Shown here in pieces: positions 23,201 to 34,396 of a stretch of 64,000 bases of DNA. The translations under genes and the position numbers were made by a program. This stretch comes from Octopus vulgaris (lineage: Eukaryota), in contig OX597824.1 of assembly GCA_951406725.2 (NCBI GenBank), positions 3,720,001 through 3,784,000 of the forward strand, in the 5' to 3' direction. The notes beneath the pieces are model-generated. The model was not told where the DNA came from. It did no database searches and saw only the letters and a list, made by a program, of their open reading frames with translations. The stretch's first letter is position 1. The number at the start of each line of letters is the position of its first letter.

Positions 23201-26200
23201 CAAAGCGGTCGTCGGCATCTTCACCATCTCGTCTGGCAGCTTGTTCCACGGATCCGCAACCCGGACGGAGAAAGCTCCTCTCCTTCAATTGAGATGAAAT
23301 CGTCGCAGGTAGAGCTTAAACATCTTTCACTAACTGCGTCCAAGCTATCTTCATTTCTGTTGCAGAACTAGATAGAAGTTTCCTGCTCTGCACTTTATTC
23401 CGAAACAACTGAAGAATTATTTTTTTTAAACATGCATGAAAATTAATTTTAACTTCGTTTCCTTTTCAGCTGCTCCTCTTCAACTGAAATCAGTTTGTAT
23501 ACAAGAGAATACTCAAACCAGCTGGTCCTATTCAGGGAAAACTTATCAAGTTAGGTAAACCATAAACCTTTTTATTTTTTTTTCTGTATTGCAAGCATGA
23601 GTTATTGCTCTTGGTTGAGTTGTGATATTATTAAAGGGGTTAACATCTTTTATCCTTTACTTGTTTCAGTCATTGGACTGCAGCCATGCAAGCGTACTGA
23701 TTTGTACTGATCCCCAGTACTTATTTTGCAACCTGGTATATATTCTGTCTGTTTCTTTTGCCAAATTATGGGGCTGTAAACAAACCAACACTGGTTGTCA
23801 AGCAGGGGGGGCAAGGTGAATTACCACATTTGCACCCATATACAACAGGCTTCCACTTCTCATAAAGCATTGGGCAAACTGAGACAATTGTCGATTGAGC
23901 AACATGTACTGCAGTAGCTTTCGTTTTAAGGGCCTAAAGCAATTTAATGCTTGCCAACACATCTGAGGGATCTTCATTGAGTAGAGGTAGATGTTTTCAA
24001 GAAACAACTTGATTTACTGTCCAAGATCCCAGATGAACCTTTATCATGGCAAGAAACTCAGAGGGCAGCTGTGTTGAACTCCCTTTTTCACCAAAAGCCA
24101 AACAGGAAGCGATCCAGTTTTGTTTTGAAGACATTTACATCCACACCATGCTTTTTGGAAGGACATTGTAGAACTATGGGCCCTTGAAACCCAAGCAGTT
24201 GCAGTATCTGGTCCTGTTTGATGGTAAAGTTGGGATCTTTGGTACTATGCAGTGGTGCCCTGTTCTGCTGTTTGTGTAACTTTTAAAGCTAATGTATGGT
24301 ACAAGTCCTTCCAACATTTTCATCATCATCATCATCATCATCGTTTAACATCCACTTTCCATGCTAGCATGGGTTGGACGATTTTGACTGAGGGCTGGCA
24401 AACCAGATGGCTGCACCAGGCTCCAATCTTGATTTGGCAGAGTTTCTACAACTGGATGCCCTTCCTAACACCAACCATTCCAAAAGTGTAGTGGTTTTTA
24501 CATGCCACCGGCATGGGAGCCAGTCAGGCGGTACTGGCAACGACCTCGCTCGAATCTTTTTACACATGCCACCAGCACAGGTGCCAGTAAGGCAATGTTG
24601 GTAATGGTCATTCTTGAATGGTGCCCTTTTACGTGCCACCGGCACGGAGCCAGTTGGCTGCTCCAGCAACGATCACACTCGGATGGTGCTCTTGGCATCC
24701 TCCAGATGTATATCTTTGTGAAATTTTGTGACATTCCTGTTTACTTTGCAACTTGTGAAATTTGTGTTTTTATGATCACGTGTATGCTGTAGCCTGCGAT
24801 TTTGTCAAGGACAGGAAGAAAGGACCCGCATGAAATTTTGCGTTAAACTTGGGAAGTACGCTAGGGACATTGAGCATGCTTTGGCAAGCTTATAGTAATG
24901 ATGCAACGGGTTGTAGGCAATGTTTTGAGCAGTGTGGGCACTTCAAAAGCAGAAGAATGTCCTTGGAAGTGATCTGGAAGACTTGCCAAGAGGAAAATTT
25001 GGAGACCTGTAGATGTGGAGAGAATGCATCATTGGAGGACAATCAATGGATTGTTGATGTTGTTGGTCTGTCACAAGGGTCCATGCAGGCAGTTCTAATG
25101 TAAAAAGTACCCACTGCACTCACGGAGTGGTTGGCTAGGAAGGGCATCCAGCTGTAGAAACATTGCCGGATAAGACTGGAGCCTGGTGCAGCCTTCTGGC
25201 TTCCCAGACCCCGGTCGAACTGTCCAACCCATGCTAGCATGGAAAATGGACGTTAGACGATGATGATGAATTGAACATGCAGCATGCCTCTGCCAAGTTT
25301 GTCCCCTGACTGCTGACCCCTAAGTAGAAAGAACATTGTGTCAATGTCCGTCAAGATCTCTGTCCGTGTGCTGCTGATGAGCTATCCTTCATTTCAAGGA
25401 TCATCACCAGCGATGAGAGTTGGGTCTGCAGGTACAATCCTGAGACGAAACAGCAATCATCACAACGGAAGAGCCCTTTATCTCCACAACCAAAGAAGGT
25501 CCAACAGAGCTGCAGCTGAATCAAGAGTATGCTTGCTTTTTCGACATCTGCAATGTTGGACATCAAGGATTTGTCCCCCCACCCCAAGGGTCAGACTATT
25601 AATCAAGAGTTCTCCTGTGACATTTTGAAGCATTTGAGGGTGGAGGCCATTCAGCAAAACCGCCCATGTCTGTGGAGCACAAAGAACTGGATTCTTTACA
25701 ATGACAATGTATCTTGTCACTGAGTTCTCCTCACTCAGGAGTTTCTCACCAAAAACAACATGGTATTGCTTCCACATCTGCCCTATTCACCAAATTTAGC
25801 ACCTGGGGACCTCCATTTTTTTCTCCAAGATGAAAAGGCAGCTCAAAGGCTGCTGTTTTAACACCATTGATGAAATCCAGAGTGAATTGCGGAAGGTCCT
25901 CGACTCACTTATGGAAAAGAACTTCCAGGCCAGATTCCAAAAGCGGCAGGAACTCTGGCACCGGTATATTGCTGTGCAAGGGGACTATTTCGAAGGAGAT
26001 GATGGTAAAACTTAGGCAAATAAATTATTGTTTTATTAAACATGAATGCAGGAACTTTCTGATACCACCATTTACCATTTCAGTTCTGCTGGTAACAGTA
26101 ATTTTGACAACTGCTATGCTGCTACAAGTAAGTATGTCAAGGAAAATATGAAACCTGTTCCAGAACTGACCAACCACGACATTAGGGCATTCTCTTACTT

Positions 26201-29200
26201 CTACGATCGAGCTGTTGACATGAACCTCATTGGTAAGAATTTTATTCTTTCTGCAGACACAAAATGTTTGAACTGACTTAATTCTGTAATGAAGTTCACT
26301 CACTTCATCATCACCTTTTTTGTTTTAATACCCCCCTTTAAGGTGGCAAGCTGGCAGAAACATTAGCACGCCGGGTGAAATGCTTAGCGGTATTTCGTCT
26401 GTCATTATGTTCTGAGTTCAAATCCCGCCGAGGTCGACTTTGCCTTTCATCCTTTTGGGGTCGATAAATAAAGTACCAGTTTCGCACTGGGGTCGATGTA
26501 ATCGACTTAATCCCTTTATCTGTCCTTGTTTGTCCCCTCTATGTTTAGCCCCTTGTGGGCAGTAAAGAAAAAAAAATACCCCCTTTAGCATTCTTGCATG
26601 AGTTGGATAGAATTCATTGAGGTAGATTTTCTACATCTGGATGCTCTTTCTGTCACCAACCCTCACCTATTTCCAAACAAGGTAATATTTCTCCGTGGGT
26701 GGGCAATTTTCCAATGGAAGATTAAAAACAAACAACACTTGTTTACAACCATTACATGACGTCAAAAGAAAGAGACATGCACACACACACACACACATGA
26801 TGAGGTTTTTTTCAGTTTCTGTCTGACAAATTCACTCAAAAGGTTTTGGCCAGCCTGGTGATATAGTAGAAGATACTTACCCTGGTTACCATGTAGTGGG
26901 ATTGAACCCTGAAACCATGTGGTCAGGAAGCAAACATGTCAACTACACAGCCATCATCATTGTCCTCATTTAACATCCTCCTTCCATTATGGAATGGGTT
27001 GGACAATTTGACAGGAGCTGACAAATTGGAAGAATGTACCAAGCTCTATTATCTGCTTAACATGAACCATTCCACAGAGTATACTGGGTGCTTTTTGTGT
27101 GGTGCCAGCAGCAGTGAGGTCATAAGTCACAACACATGACCCCTCAACTGGCATGGTCTCTGTGGCTTAATGCCCTACCTAACATACTCAGATTTTATTT
27201 ACGTATTTTTCTTAACATTAACTGTATGCGATATCCATTTTGAATAATCAATTTTTTCAATAATGCCAAACTTTTCAAGTTTATCCAATTCTTCATTGAC
27301 TTGTTCCAATGCTGTGAAGGGTACCATTCTTTTTGCTTTAAATACTGGTATAGCGTTTTCTTTCACTTGAAACTTCACCTCTCTTTTGGTGCAAAGACCT
27401 AATTCCTCAGAAAAAACTTCAGGAAAAATATTTTTCTTTTTTAAATCCTCCAACATCTTATTTGTACCAGCAGAAGAACCATTCACATTTTTACAAAAAA
27501 TATTTATGGGTAAGTCCCATAAGTTAAATAGTTCCATCCAGTCTGTTTGAAATAAATTTGTTGTATTTTTCAACACAAAAACTTTGACTCTCAAAGTTTT
27601 TACCACGAAATGTAACATCACTTACCACTTCACCCATAAAATGCAATTTCTTTCCCGAAACACCTCTCACAATTTTCGAAGTTTCCTTTAATCTAATCTT
27701 TCCTATTTTTCTCCATGTATCTGTATTAAATATCTGATATCACTGCCTGTATCCAATTGTAACTTGATATTCACGTTAATCATTTTTATGGCCGCAAATT
27801 TTCTTTTCTGAGCCTCACTTAGAATTTTGTTTTAGCAATACCTTCTTTCTAGAATTTTTTTTGTTTGACCCTTTTTTTGCTTCCCTATACAATGTTAAGC
27901 TTTTATGTCAAATTTTTCTACAATCAAAACATTTACAATTTCTAAAAGGACAATTACTTTCAAAGTGTAAACCTCTGCAACCATAGCATGGATTTGGGCT
28001 TGACTTTCGTTTTTCTTTTTTCTTATCCATTTTAGGTCAACACACACGTATCTGAGAGCAATCTTTTTCTTCAGTTTTATCCATGTCGTGCTTTAAATTT
28101 TTCATCTTCTGACATTCTTCAGCCATTGCCTGTAGAGTTAATTTTTGGTCTTATTCTAATTTCATTAATATACTGGAATGTATATCGGCATCATTTCTTG
28201 CTGTTAACCTTTGAACAAAAATTAGACATCTGAACAAGTCTGGGGTTAATTCATATAATTTGAATTTTTCATGCTCTCTGTTAATAACCCCAGCATAGGA
28301 GACAAAATCTCCATCATCCTTTTTAACTAAATTTAAATATTGTCAATGAGTATTGAACAGGGGACTTCTTTCACTGAAAAACCTCAATAATAAATTAATT
28401 GTTTCATCAAAACAAATCTCATCTGATTTCTTTGGCAGAATATATTTCCAGTATTTTTCGTTTTTGGCAGGGGATAACTTTCTTAAAAGTAGTTGCACCT
28501 TCTTCTTATCATTCCAATTTTTACATTCATCTTTGAAGATTTCTTCGTATCTTTGAAAATCTGAAGAAAAAGTAGTACCTTCTTCTGGATTATAAATAAA
28601 TTCTCCAATTAAATTTGCTACACTGTCTGACAAGAATGAAGCTGAAGTATTTTCAAACTTCAACATTACTTCCATTTACTGTTGATATTGTTGTTGTTGC
28701 AGTTGTTGTTGTTGTAACTGCTGTTGCAACTGTACCAAGTGACCCAACAAATTTTCCATGTTAATTATTTTTCTTCTTTGGTTTCGTATCAAATAAAAAC
28801 AAATTAAATGTCCTACGCAAGCTTTGAATATCTTGTCGCCACTTTTATATCTAGCCACAGGTGGGCAGAGATAAATTATGCAGTGGAGTTTGACCAATGC
28901 GTTCACACGACATCATGAGACTACCAAAACACTCTCTCCCTGACAACTACCGACCACTACTCTTTATAAAAGTTCGGCTAGTCCATTCTTGCAATCCCCC
29001 AGGGGTGTCAATGACTCTTGCCACAACAGTTCAGTATCACAGTCCATAGGAGGCCAACACATGTAACTCCTCATTACTGATTTTATTATTGAAATTCCTG
29101 GGTGTCCCATATGAAATTCACTTGATATATGCTTTTGTAGTGTGGATGACACTACAACTCTGTGTGTGTGCATCAACACATTATCACACATTGAAAAATG

Positions 29201-32200
29201 CTTCATGTTTGTGTTTATGTATATTTTTATTATATTTATGTATATTTTTATTTTATTTTTTCTTCAATGTTTCTTTCATCTTTGCAATGAGTTTGTCATT
29301 CTCTGATTTTAATTTCATATCTTGAACAGTTACTGGTGGCTGCCGAATGACGTTATACAAAATGTTTTTTAAATTTTATTTCCCACTTGCAAAGTGGCAA
29401 TTACAGTATCTTTGAATAGTTCTGTATTTTTTGGAATTAGCCTTGATAAACAATCCACATGGCCTAACCTCTTGGATGGTGTATACTCCATCTTAAAGTT
29501 GTAGTTCAACAATATTGTACCCCAGCATTGTAATCTATTTACTGTCTTGTTTAGGAATTCTTTTTATCAAACCGAAAATTGATAATAATAATAATAATGG
29601 TCCATGATCAATTTGTAGCTGAAAACTTCTCCTGTGCAAAAATCTGTGTAAATTCTTCATAGCAAAAATGATCGCTAGAGCTTCTTTCTCTATTTGACTA
29701 TAGTTTTTCTGTGCCACTATCAGAGAACATGAGGCAGGAACCACTGCCTTCATATTTCCGTCTGTATACTTATGTAGCATTACTGCTCCTATGCAGTATC
29801 CAGAAGCGTCAAAAGCTACAACAATCTCTGCTGCAGGATCAAAATGACCCAGCAACAAATCTGATATTAATATTTTTTGCTGAACACCTTTTGGCAATTA
29901 CTTGACCAATTCCACTTCACATATTTTTTCAGAAAATTATATTGTAGAGTTTTCAATTCATGCATATTTGGTATGTAATTTTGATAATTCTTTAGACCTA
30001 GATAAGCTTGTAAGGTCGTTATATTAGTTTGAGGAGGCATACCCTTGATTGCGTCTGCCCTTGGTGGGTCCGGTCATCATCCATTCCTGTTGATAATTTG
30101 TCCTAAATACTTAGTTTTAGGTAAGGAAAATTCACATTTTTCCTCACTTGGTGTGAAACCACAATCCCTTCTTTTTCAGAAACATATTTTTTTGTGCTCG
30201 GCATGCTTATCACAAGATTCACTTTTAATATATCATCCAGGTATGGATGTAATATACCTGCTAAATGTCTTCCATAATTAACGAATTTTTTGTATCATAA
30301 AAGATTGTTAATGACCAATATAAACTGCAAATCAACTCGTCACCACTTTTATATTGTGATTATCCTAGTGGATGTCCTCATCCCCACATTTCACTTGTTA
30401 TTGCTGGATATCACTTTCATATCCTACACTATGACAATGGGATTTACAATACTACAAAACGGGGCAGAGACACAAACTGTCTCCTCTTGTTCTATTCCCA
30501 AGTACTCTGCCAACATATGTAACAATTCCCAAACACACTCTCAATGAGCTATAATGACTTCTTAACAATCTCCTGTGCCTCCACAAACTCTCAAATGACA
30601 CCTTTCGATTTCCTGCAATTTTCCCATTTTATACTCCAATCAAAGACACTACTACTTATATGAGTTTGGCTACTTATGAGTCCATTCTCACCATAACAGT
30701 TACCAACAGAGGTAACTTTGCCTTGCCGGTTCTTAGTCTTATAACTAAGCTTTCAGAGCATCTTCCTCCACTGCTAATTTGGCCTTTTAGGTAACGAAAA
30801 CTATCTACCACTCTAAGGATCCTCTAAGCATTTGAGGAAATCCTTTTCCTGTGTGTTCTTAGTGTTTATTTTTCCTGTACATCTTCCACACACAAAGCTT
30901 ACTTTCTCTGTTAACCTACCTGTGATTTTTGCATCTCTTATCTATCCACAATTTGCACTGGATACCCTATATGAAATTTATAATCACACCTTTTCTGCAT
31001 ATTGAGCTGGGACATTTCTTTGAAGGGATTAGTAAATTGTATGATTTCCTACTTACTAGGACTTTGGTCTTTGCTAGAATCCTTTGATTCGAAGCCTTGC
31101 TTCCACACTTGAAATTTATTCTCTAACTCTACCAGCCATACCTGCATCTATGAATTAAACATTCAAGGGTTCACAACGCTAGTACTGATTTGTTATTGAG
31201 GGTAAGTACCCAGTTATGGGTTATTCATGCCTACTGGGTCCATTGTATGCAAGTACTTGACCTGCTAGATGTAGCAGTTAAATCTCCTTAAAATCACACA
31301 CATAAAATCAATAATATTTTGAAGGCAGACTGTTGCCTGGATAGTGAAATACCTTTATATCTTAACACTGGAAGATGTTATTTAAGGGCTAGTTGACTTT
31401 GGTTTCTATCATTTTAAATGAGCAGGTAAGAACTCCCACTGAAGATGTTGTTTATTGAAAGAGTAAATTTGATTGATGAATAATTTTATATCTGAGAGCA
31501 ATCTTTACCATTGTTATTAATTAGTGTCATTAATAATTATATTTTTCAGGTCCAGAAGGTGGAAAAGTAGCTGTTAATAGTTTCCAGCAAGCAGCTGTCC
31601 AGGGTTAGTTTGGAAATCCTAAATTTACATGGAAATTTATTTGACTGTCTTAATTTAGATTGCTTTAAAACAGAAAGTTTTTATGATAGAATCACGGGTG
31701 GTCCCAGGTGGGTTAGTATTAAAAGGGTTAAGATATATAAAAAAAAAAAAGAATTAGTTGCCTACAGTGTCATAAAATATTTGGTAACCCTGTCTGCAAA
31801 GTTTAGAGACACATCTTCATCCAGTTAAAAGAGAAAGTTAAAATGTAGAGAAAAGGTTGCCTCAGGAACATGTTCCAATTCACAGATTTTAAAATTTATT
31901 TCTTAAGCAATTTTATATCCCTTTATTTAGATTACTTATGGTTAATGAAGCAAGCATAAATATAACAATATCTCATTTTCCTTTCTCTTTAGCCTCCTTA
32001 ATTTACTTTAATTATGTTCCTGGGGCCAGTATAAATATCATAGACATCACAACATTCCATTTTCCCACTTCTTCTTTGATCAAATAAAGAAAATATTCCT
32101 TTCTGTCTCTTCCTTTTTAGCCTGCAATCAGAAAAATTCTGAAAAGCCATTTTTATGCTTGGATTTGTGTTATATATACTCTGTATTGAAAGATGGCTAT

Positions 32201-32814
32201 ACCTTGGAAGCTAATAAAATTATTGAAGTAAGTATGTTGTACGAGTTTGTATTTATATTTTTAAAAAATTTAATTTGTTCTCTCTAACCTCAGCAGAGAT
32301 GGTCTTTCTCCCCACACTATTTTTTTATGGTCTCTCTATATAAAAATGTAGCTGTTCCACAATTATAAAATGTGAAAATAATATTTAACACACACCAGCC
32401 ATAGATTTGGTCTGTGGCACCCAGCAAGCTGTCCGGCAGGAATTCCCAGCTGTCTTCTGTGTCACAGGACTGTAGCTCCTCCTCCTCCCTATCATCAAAT
32501 TTCACTTGCTTTGTGCCTTTCAAGACTTGTGAAATATGAGATTCTGTACTTGGAAAGCAGGTAAGGGTTATTTTGAAGGAGATTAAAGTTTAGTACTTCT
32601 TGGAAATTCATAAATGTCTCTCCTGGAAAATGTTTCAAGACTTCTGGAATGCACTTTGTGTGTATGTGTGTTGACATGCTTGTATATATGTGTATATGTA
32701 AAATTTCTGTTTTTTTTATCTTTGCAGTTAACCAAAAAGATAAACGGAGTGGAGGTCAGCTGGGCTCTCGGTGCAGTTTTTGATCTCATCTCTAAAGCTA
32801 AAAAAGTTGTTTAG
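10020..32814 (+). CDS. ENTPD5: Ectonucleoside triphosphate diphosphohydrolase 5/6-like (GDA1/CD39 apyrase), 12 coding exons, 428 aa (404 aa from ATG 10092)
   Basis: join(10020-10266,12546-12625,14260-14403,15713-15788,16671-16706,21102-21267,21841-21896,23470-23554,26084-26232,31550-31603,32121-32227,32728-32814) = 1287 nt, all GT-AG, phases consistent. Apyrase conserved regions: DAGSTGSR, KATAGLR, SGTKEGIYSWLTVNYL, DLGGGSTQ, SWALG. No C-terminal TM helix, as in ENTPD5/6; ENTPD5 versus ENTPD6 not resolved. Confidence 0.93.
10855..11230 (-). mobile_element. RTE/RTEX-like LINE 3' coding fragment
   Basis: DGTYTRLLMRAQNLSWKRHPT...RRVQFAGHCCR...LLLWKP...RGR...YREVW, typical RTE-group C-terminus. 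Confidence 0.8.
11897..12050 (+). mobile_element. tRNA-derived SINE (family A), partial
   Basis: atggcctagtggttagggcagcggactcgcggtcgcaggatcgcggtttcgattctcagaccgggcg matches 4698-5063. Confidence 0.8.
12112..12473 (+). mobile_element. Non-autonomous Helitron-like element
   Basis: 3' hairpin ctagcactatgaccctgc-aac-gccaggtcacagtgctag ending CTAG|T at 12470-12474; 5' part has ctgtctgtgtgtg repeats; the same 3' end recurs at 13995-14048. Confidence 0.65.
12546..12625 (+). CDS. ENTPD5: ENTPD5/6-like coding exon 2
   Basis: ttcag|GKKMKLIQDIFNEIKPGLSAYASDPKQ|gtgagt. Confidence 0.92.
13995..14048 (+). mobile_element. Helitron-like 3' end, second copy
   Basis: tgtatatgcatgcactagcactatgacccgacattgccaggtcatagtgCTAG|T. 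Confidence 0.55.
14260..14403 (+). CDS. ENTPD5: ENTPD5/6-like coding exon 3 (ACR2)
   Basis: ttgcag|AANSLIPLLNLAKSEVP...ALKATAGLRLL...ILLE|gtcagt. Confidence 0.93.
15713..15788 (+). CDS. ENTPD5: ENTPD5/6-like coding exon 4
   Basis: gccag|IEKLFKTFPFKMLKNNIEIMSGTKE(G)|gtgagt; not in the ORF track. Confidence 0.9.
16483..16516 (+). ncRNA. Minimal hammerhead motif of Penelope type, degenerate
   Basis: gttt-CCGACAA-a-gagc-tcc-gctt-GAAA-cg-TT-aaac: stem I gttt/aaac, hairpin stem II, palindromic residual stem III; core deviates from CUGANGA. Confidence 0.55.
16671..16706 (+). CDS. ENTPD5: ENTPD5/6-like coding exon 5 (36 nt, ACR3)
   Basis: ttttag|(G)IYSWLTVNYLL|gtaagt. Confidence 0.92.
16874..17255 (-). 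mobile_element. tRNA-derived SINE (family C, CORE-like segment, internal microsatellite)
   Basis: Minus strand ggagtggttgtgtggtaagtagc...ggttcagtcccactgcgtggcatcttgggcaagtgtc...gtagacggaaactgaaagaagc...gactgaaacaagtaaaagag; relatives near 11465, 12950, 13580, 26800, 42665, 59930 and 60080. Confidence 0.8.
17903..18560 (-). mobile_element. CR1-group LINE 3' fragment with (TTA/CTA)n tail
   Basis: SIRHLPYPEGL..LGMDTLKLRRL...NTRGHVYKV...HFFMLRVAEAWNKLP; the tail is the AAT/AGT run 17903-18006; same family at 41150-41670. Confidence 0.88.
18740..18995 (+). mobile_element. RTE 3'-UTR fragment with three hairpin repeat units
   Basis: gtgcc-nnn-ggcac units followed by gttggcgttaggaagggcatccagctgtag, as in the 3' UTR of 627-2150. 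Confidence 0.75.
19304..20550. repeat. Compound (AAT)n/(GAT)n microsatellite of about 1.25 kb, intronic
   Basis: Essentially only AAT and GAT triplets; produces the spurious poly-N/D, M/I, S/L and H/Y ORFs. Confidence 0.98.
21102..21267 (+). CDS. ENTPD5: ENTPD5/6-like coding exon 6 (ACR4)
   Basis: aacag|(D)LLDTPEKTAVALDLGGGSTQITF...YNLYTH(S)|gtatac. Confidence 0.93.
21841..21896 (+). CDS. ENTPD5: ENTPD5/6-like coding exon 7
   Basis: tttcag|(S)YLGLGLMATRFAVSDKAE|gttagt. Confidence 0.88.
22430..22662 (+). mobile_element. SINE family B with target-site duplication
   Basis: Full copy flanked by agatatgaatgtatat on both sides. Confidence 0.88.
23073..23315 (-). mobile_element. 3' end of the CR1-group LINE family seen at 43400-47739
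   Basis: Reverse complement closely matches 47500-47730, including the (TAAC)n tail. Confidence 0.88.
23470..23554 (+). CDS. ENTPD5: ENTPD5/6-like coding exon 8
   Basis: tttcag|(T)APLQLKSVCIQENTQTSWSYSGKTYQV(S)|gtaaac; phases fit both neighbours. Confidence 0.85.
24321..24700 (-). mobile_element. RTE 3'-UTR fragment with (CAT)n tail
   Basis: catcatcatcgtttaacatccactttccatgctagcatgggttggacg...ctggatgcccttcctaac; similar copies near 3941, 15372, 25095, 35583, 36900, 59320 and 61380. Confidence 0.8.
24710..26074 (+). mobile_element. Mariner (DD34D) transposon fossil with nested RTE 3' fragment (25095-25268)
   Basis: MKFCVKLGK..MLWQAYSND (HTH), IITSDESWVCRYNPETKQQSSQ, WILYNDNVSCH, LPYSPNLAPGDL, YIAVQGDYFEGD; putative right TIR ggaactttctgataccaccatt|ta. 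Multiple stops and frameshifts; left TIR not found. Confidence 0.9.
26084..26232 (+). CDS. ENTPD5: ENTPD5/6-like coding exon 9
   Basis: tttcag|(S)SAGNSNFDNCY...IRAFSYFYDRAVDMNLI(G)|gtaaga. Confidence 0.92.
26342..26572 (+). mobile_element. SINE family B with target-site duplication
   Basis: Full copy flanked by aataccccccttta. Confidence 0.88.
27185..30250 (-). mobile_element. Ty3/Gypsy LTR retrotransposon fossil, domains in permuted order
   Basis: gag (EFIYNPEEGTTF...LLLRKLS), CCHC-like knuckles, protease QLDTGSDI, RT start (PVFKAKRMVPF...IIEKIDYSKW), RT YLDD near 30245, RNase H (DASGYCIGAV...NYSQIEKEALAIIF), integrase zinc-finger start (HMGHPGIS); PBS-like tggcgac at about 28834-28840. 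Confidence 0.9.
30640..31135 (-). mobile_element. Old RTE LINE RT remnant
   Basis: Decayed match to 1450-1900 (gactttggtctttgcta, cacaccttttctgcatattgagc, aaactatctaccact). Confidence 0.65.
31550..31603 (+). CDS. ENTPD5: ENTPD5/6-like coding exon 10
   Basis: tttcag|(G)PEGGKVAVNSFQQAAVQ(A)|gttagt. Confidence 0.88.
32121..32227 (+). CDS. ENTPD5: ENTPD5/6-like coding exon 11
   Basis: ttttag|(A)CNQKNSEKPFLCLDLCYIYSVLKDGYTLEANKIIE|gtaagt. Confidence 0.92.
32728..32814 (+). CDS. ENTPD5: ENTPD5/6-like last coding exon (ACR5)
   Basis: ttgcag|LTKKINGVEVSWALGAVFDLISKAKKVV-stop. Confidence 0.93.
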   Translation, partial: LTKKINGVEVSWALGAVFDLISKAKKVV

Positions 32815-33059
32815 AGAAGGTGGCCCAGAAAGAGTATGAGACAGCGTTACAAAGGTGCTGAACTGGTGGCGAGGAAGGAGCAGAATGGCTGTTGCTCTCC
32901 TTTTCAGCTTGTTTTTGGGGACTGAATCTGTGATTAGACAGAAAGTTCAAATTTTAAGGAAATTGTTTTTTTTTTGGTTTGTTTTTTTGGGGTTTTTTTT
33001 TTTAATATTATCTAAAGAAAAAATATTCTTATAATTGTTGCTATTATTAAGTTATTAAG

Positions 33060-34053
33060 TGCACTGAAGGCAGGAAGCTGGCAAAATGCTTTGCAGTATT
33101 TATGTTCTGTGTTCAAATTTCAGCAAGGCCAACTTTGCTTTTCATTGTTTCTGGGTTGATAAAATAAGGACCAGTTGAGCCCTGGGGTTGATGTAATTAG
33201 CTTACCTACTCCCCTGAAATTGCTGGCCTTGTGCCAAAGTTTGAAATCATTATGAAGTGAGCTGGAAAAATTGTTAAAGTTTTGTAAAGCCCACATTATG
33301 GTATCAGTGGTGGTTCTTTACTTTCTGAGTGTAAATCCTGCTTTACTTTTCATAGCCCTGGGCTTCATAAACTAAAATACCAGTTATGGACTGAGATTGA
33401 CATGATCAACTAGCTCCCTTTACCCCAAAATATCTCTTTATTGCCCACAAGGGGCTAAACATAGAGGGGACAAACAAGGACAGACAAAGGGATTAAGTCG
33501 ATTACATTGACCCCAGTGCGAAACTGGTACTTTATTTATCGACCACAAAAGGATGAAAGGCAAAGTCGACCTTGGCGGCTGACCTAGTGCCCAATTTAGA
33601 AACAGTTATTATTATTATTTGTTAACTGCTTTTTATCTTTCTTACCCCAGTCAATAAAAATAGAATGAGTTATGAACTAAGGCTTGTATAATTGTCCAAA
33701 TCCCTCAACTGACATTTTGGAATTTGTGGCTTTCAAATCTTGCAAAATCAATGTTGCTTTATATCCTGTGGGGTCAGTAATAAAATAAAATATCAGTCGT
33801 GTATTAGCCTTAATTTTGTTGACTGACCCCTACTCCTCAAATTTGAGACCATGTGCCAAAGTTAGAAAATAGTTTTTATAATGCCTTGGGGCTACTTGTT
33901 CTGACTCTTTACATTCAAATCCTACAAAGGTCAGCTTTGCCTTTCCTCTGTTCGGGGCCAATAAAATAAAGAATTAGCCAAGTATTGAGGTGAGTTTAGA
34001 TGAGTAAGTCTCTCCTCTCAAAATTCTTGGCTCACTGTCTAGATTTAAAGCAA

Positions 34054-34100
<47 letters not shown>

Positions 34101-34105
34101 GTAGT

Positions 34106-34140
<35 letters not shown>

Positions 34141-34354
34141 AGGTGGTGAGCTTGCAGAATCATAAGCATGCTGGATGAAATGCACAGCAGTGTTTTTACC
34201 TGTCACTGCATTCTGAGTTCAAATTCCGGTGAGGTCGACTTTGCCTTTCATCTCTGCAGGGTTGATAAATTAAGTACCAGTCGCATACTGGGGTCAATGT
34301 AATCAACTTAACACCCTCCCCCGAATTTTCAGGCCTTGGCCTATAGTAGAAAGA

Positions 34355-34396
<42 letters not shown>

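Noticed and set aside
28676-28906. Poly-Q ORF as a host gene
   Set aside because: It is the start of the Gypsy gag region, directly after the PBS and contiguous with 28343-28675.
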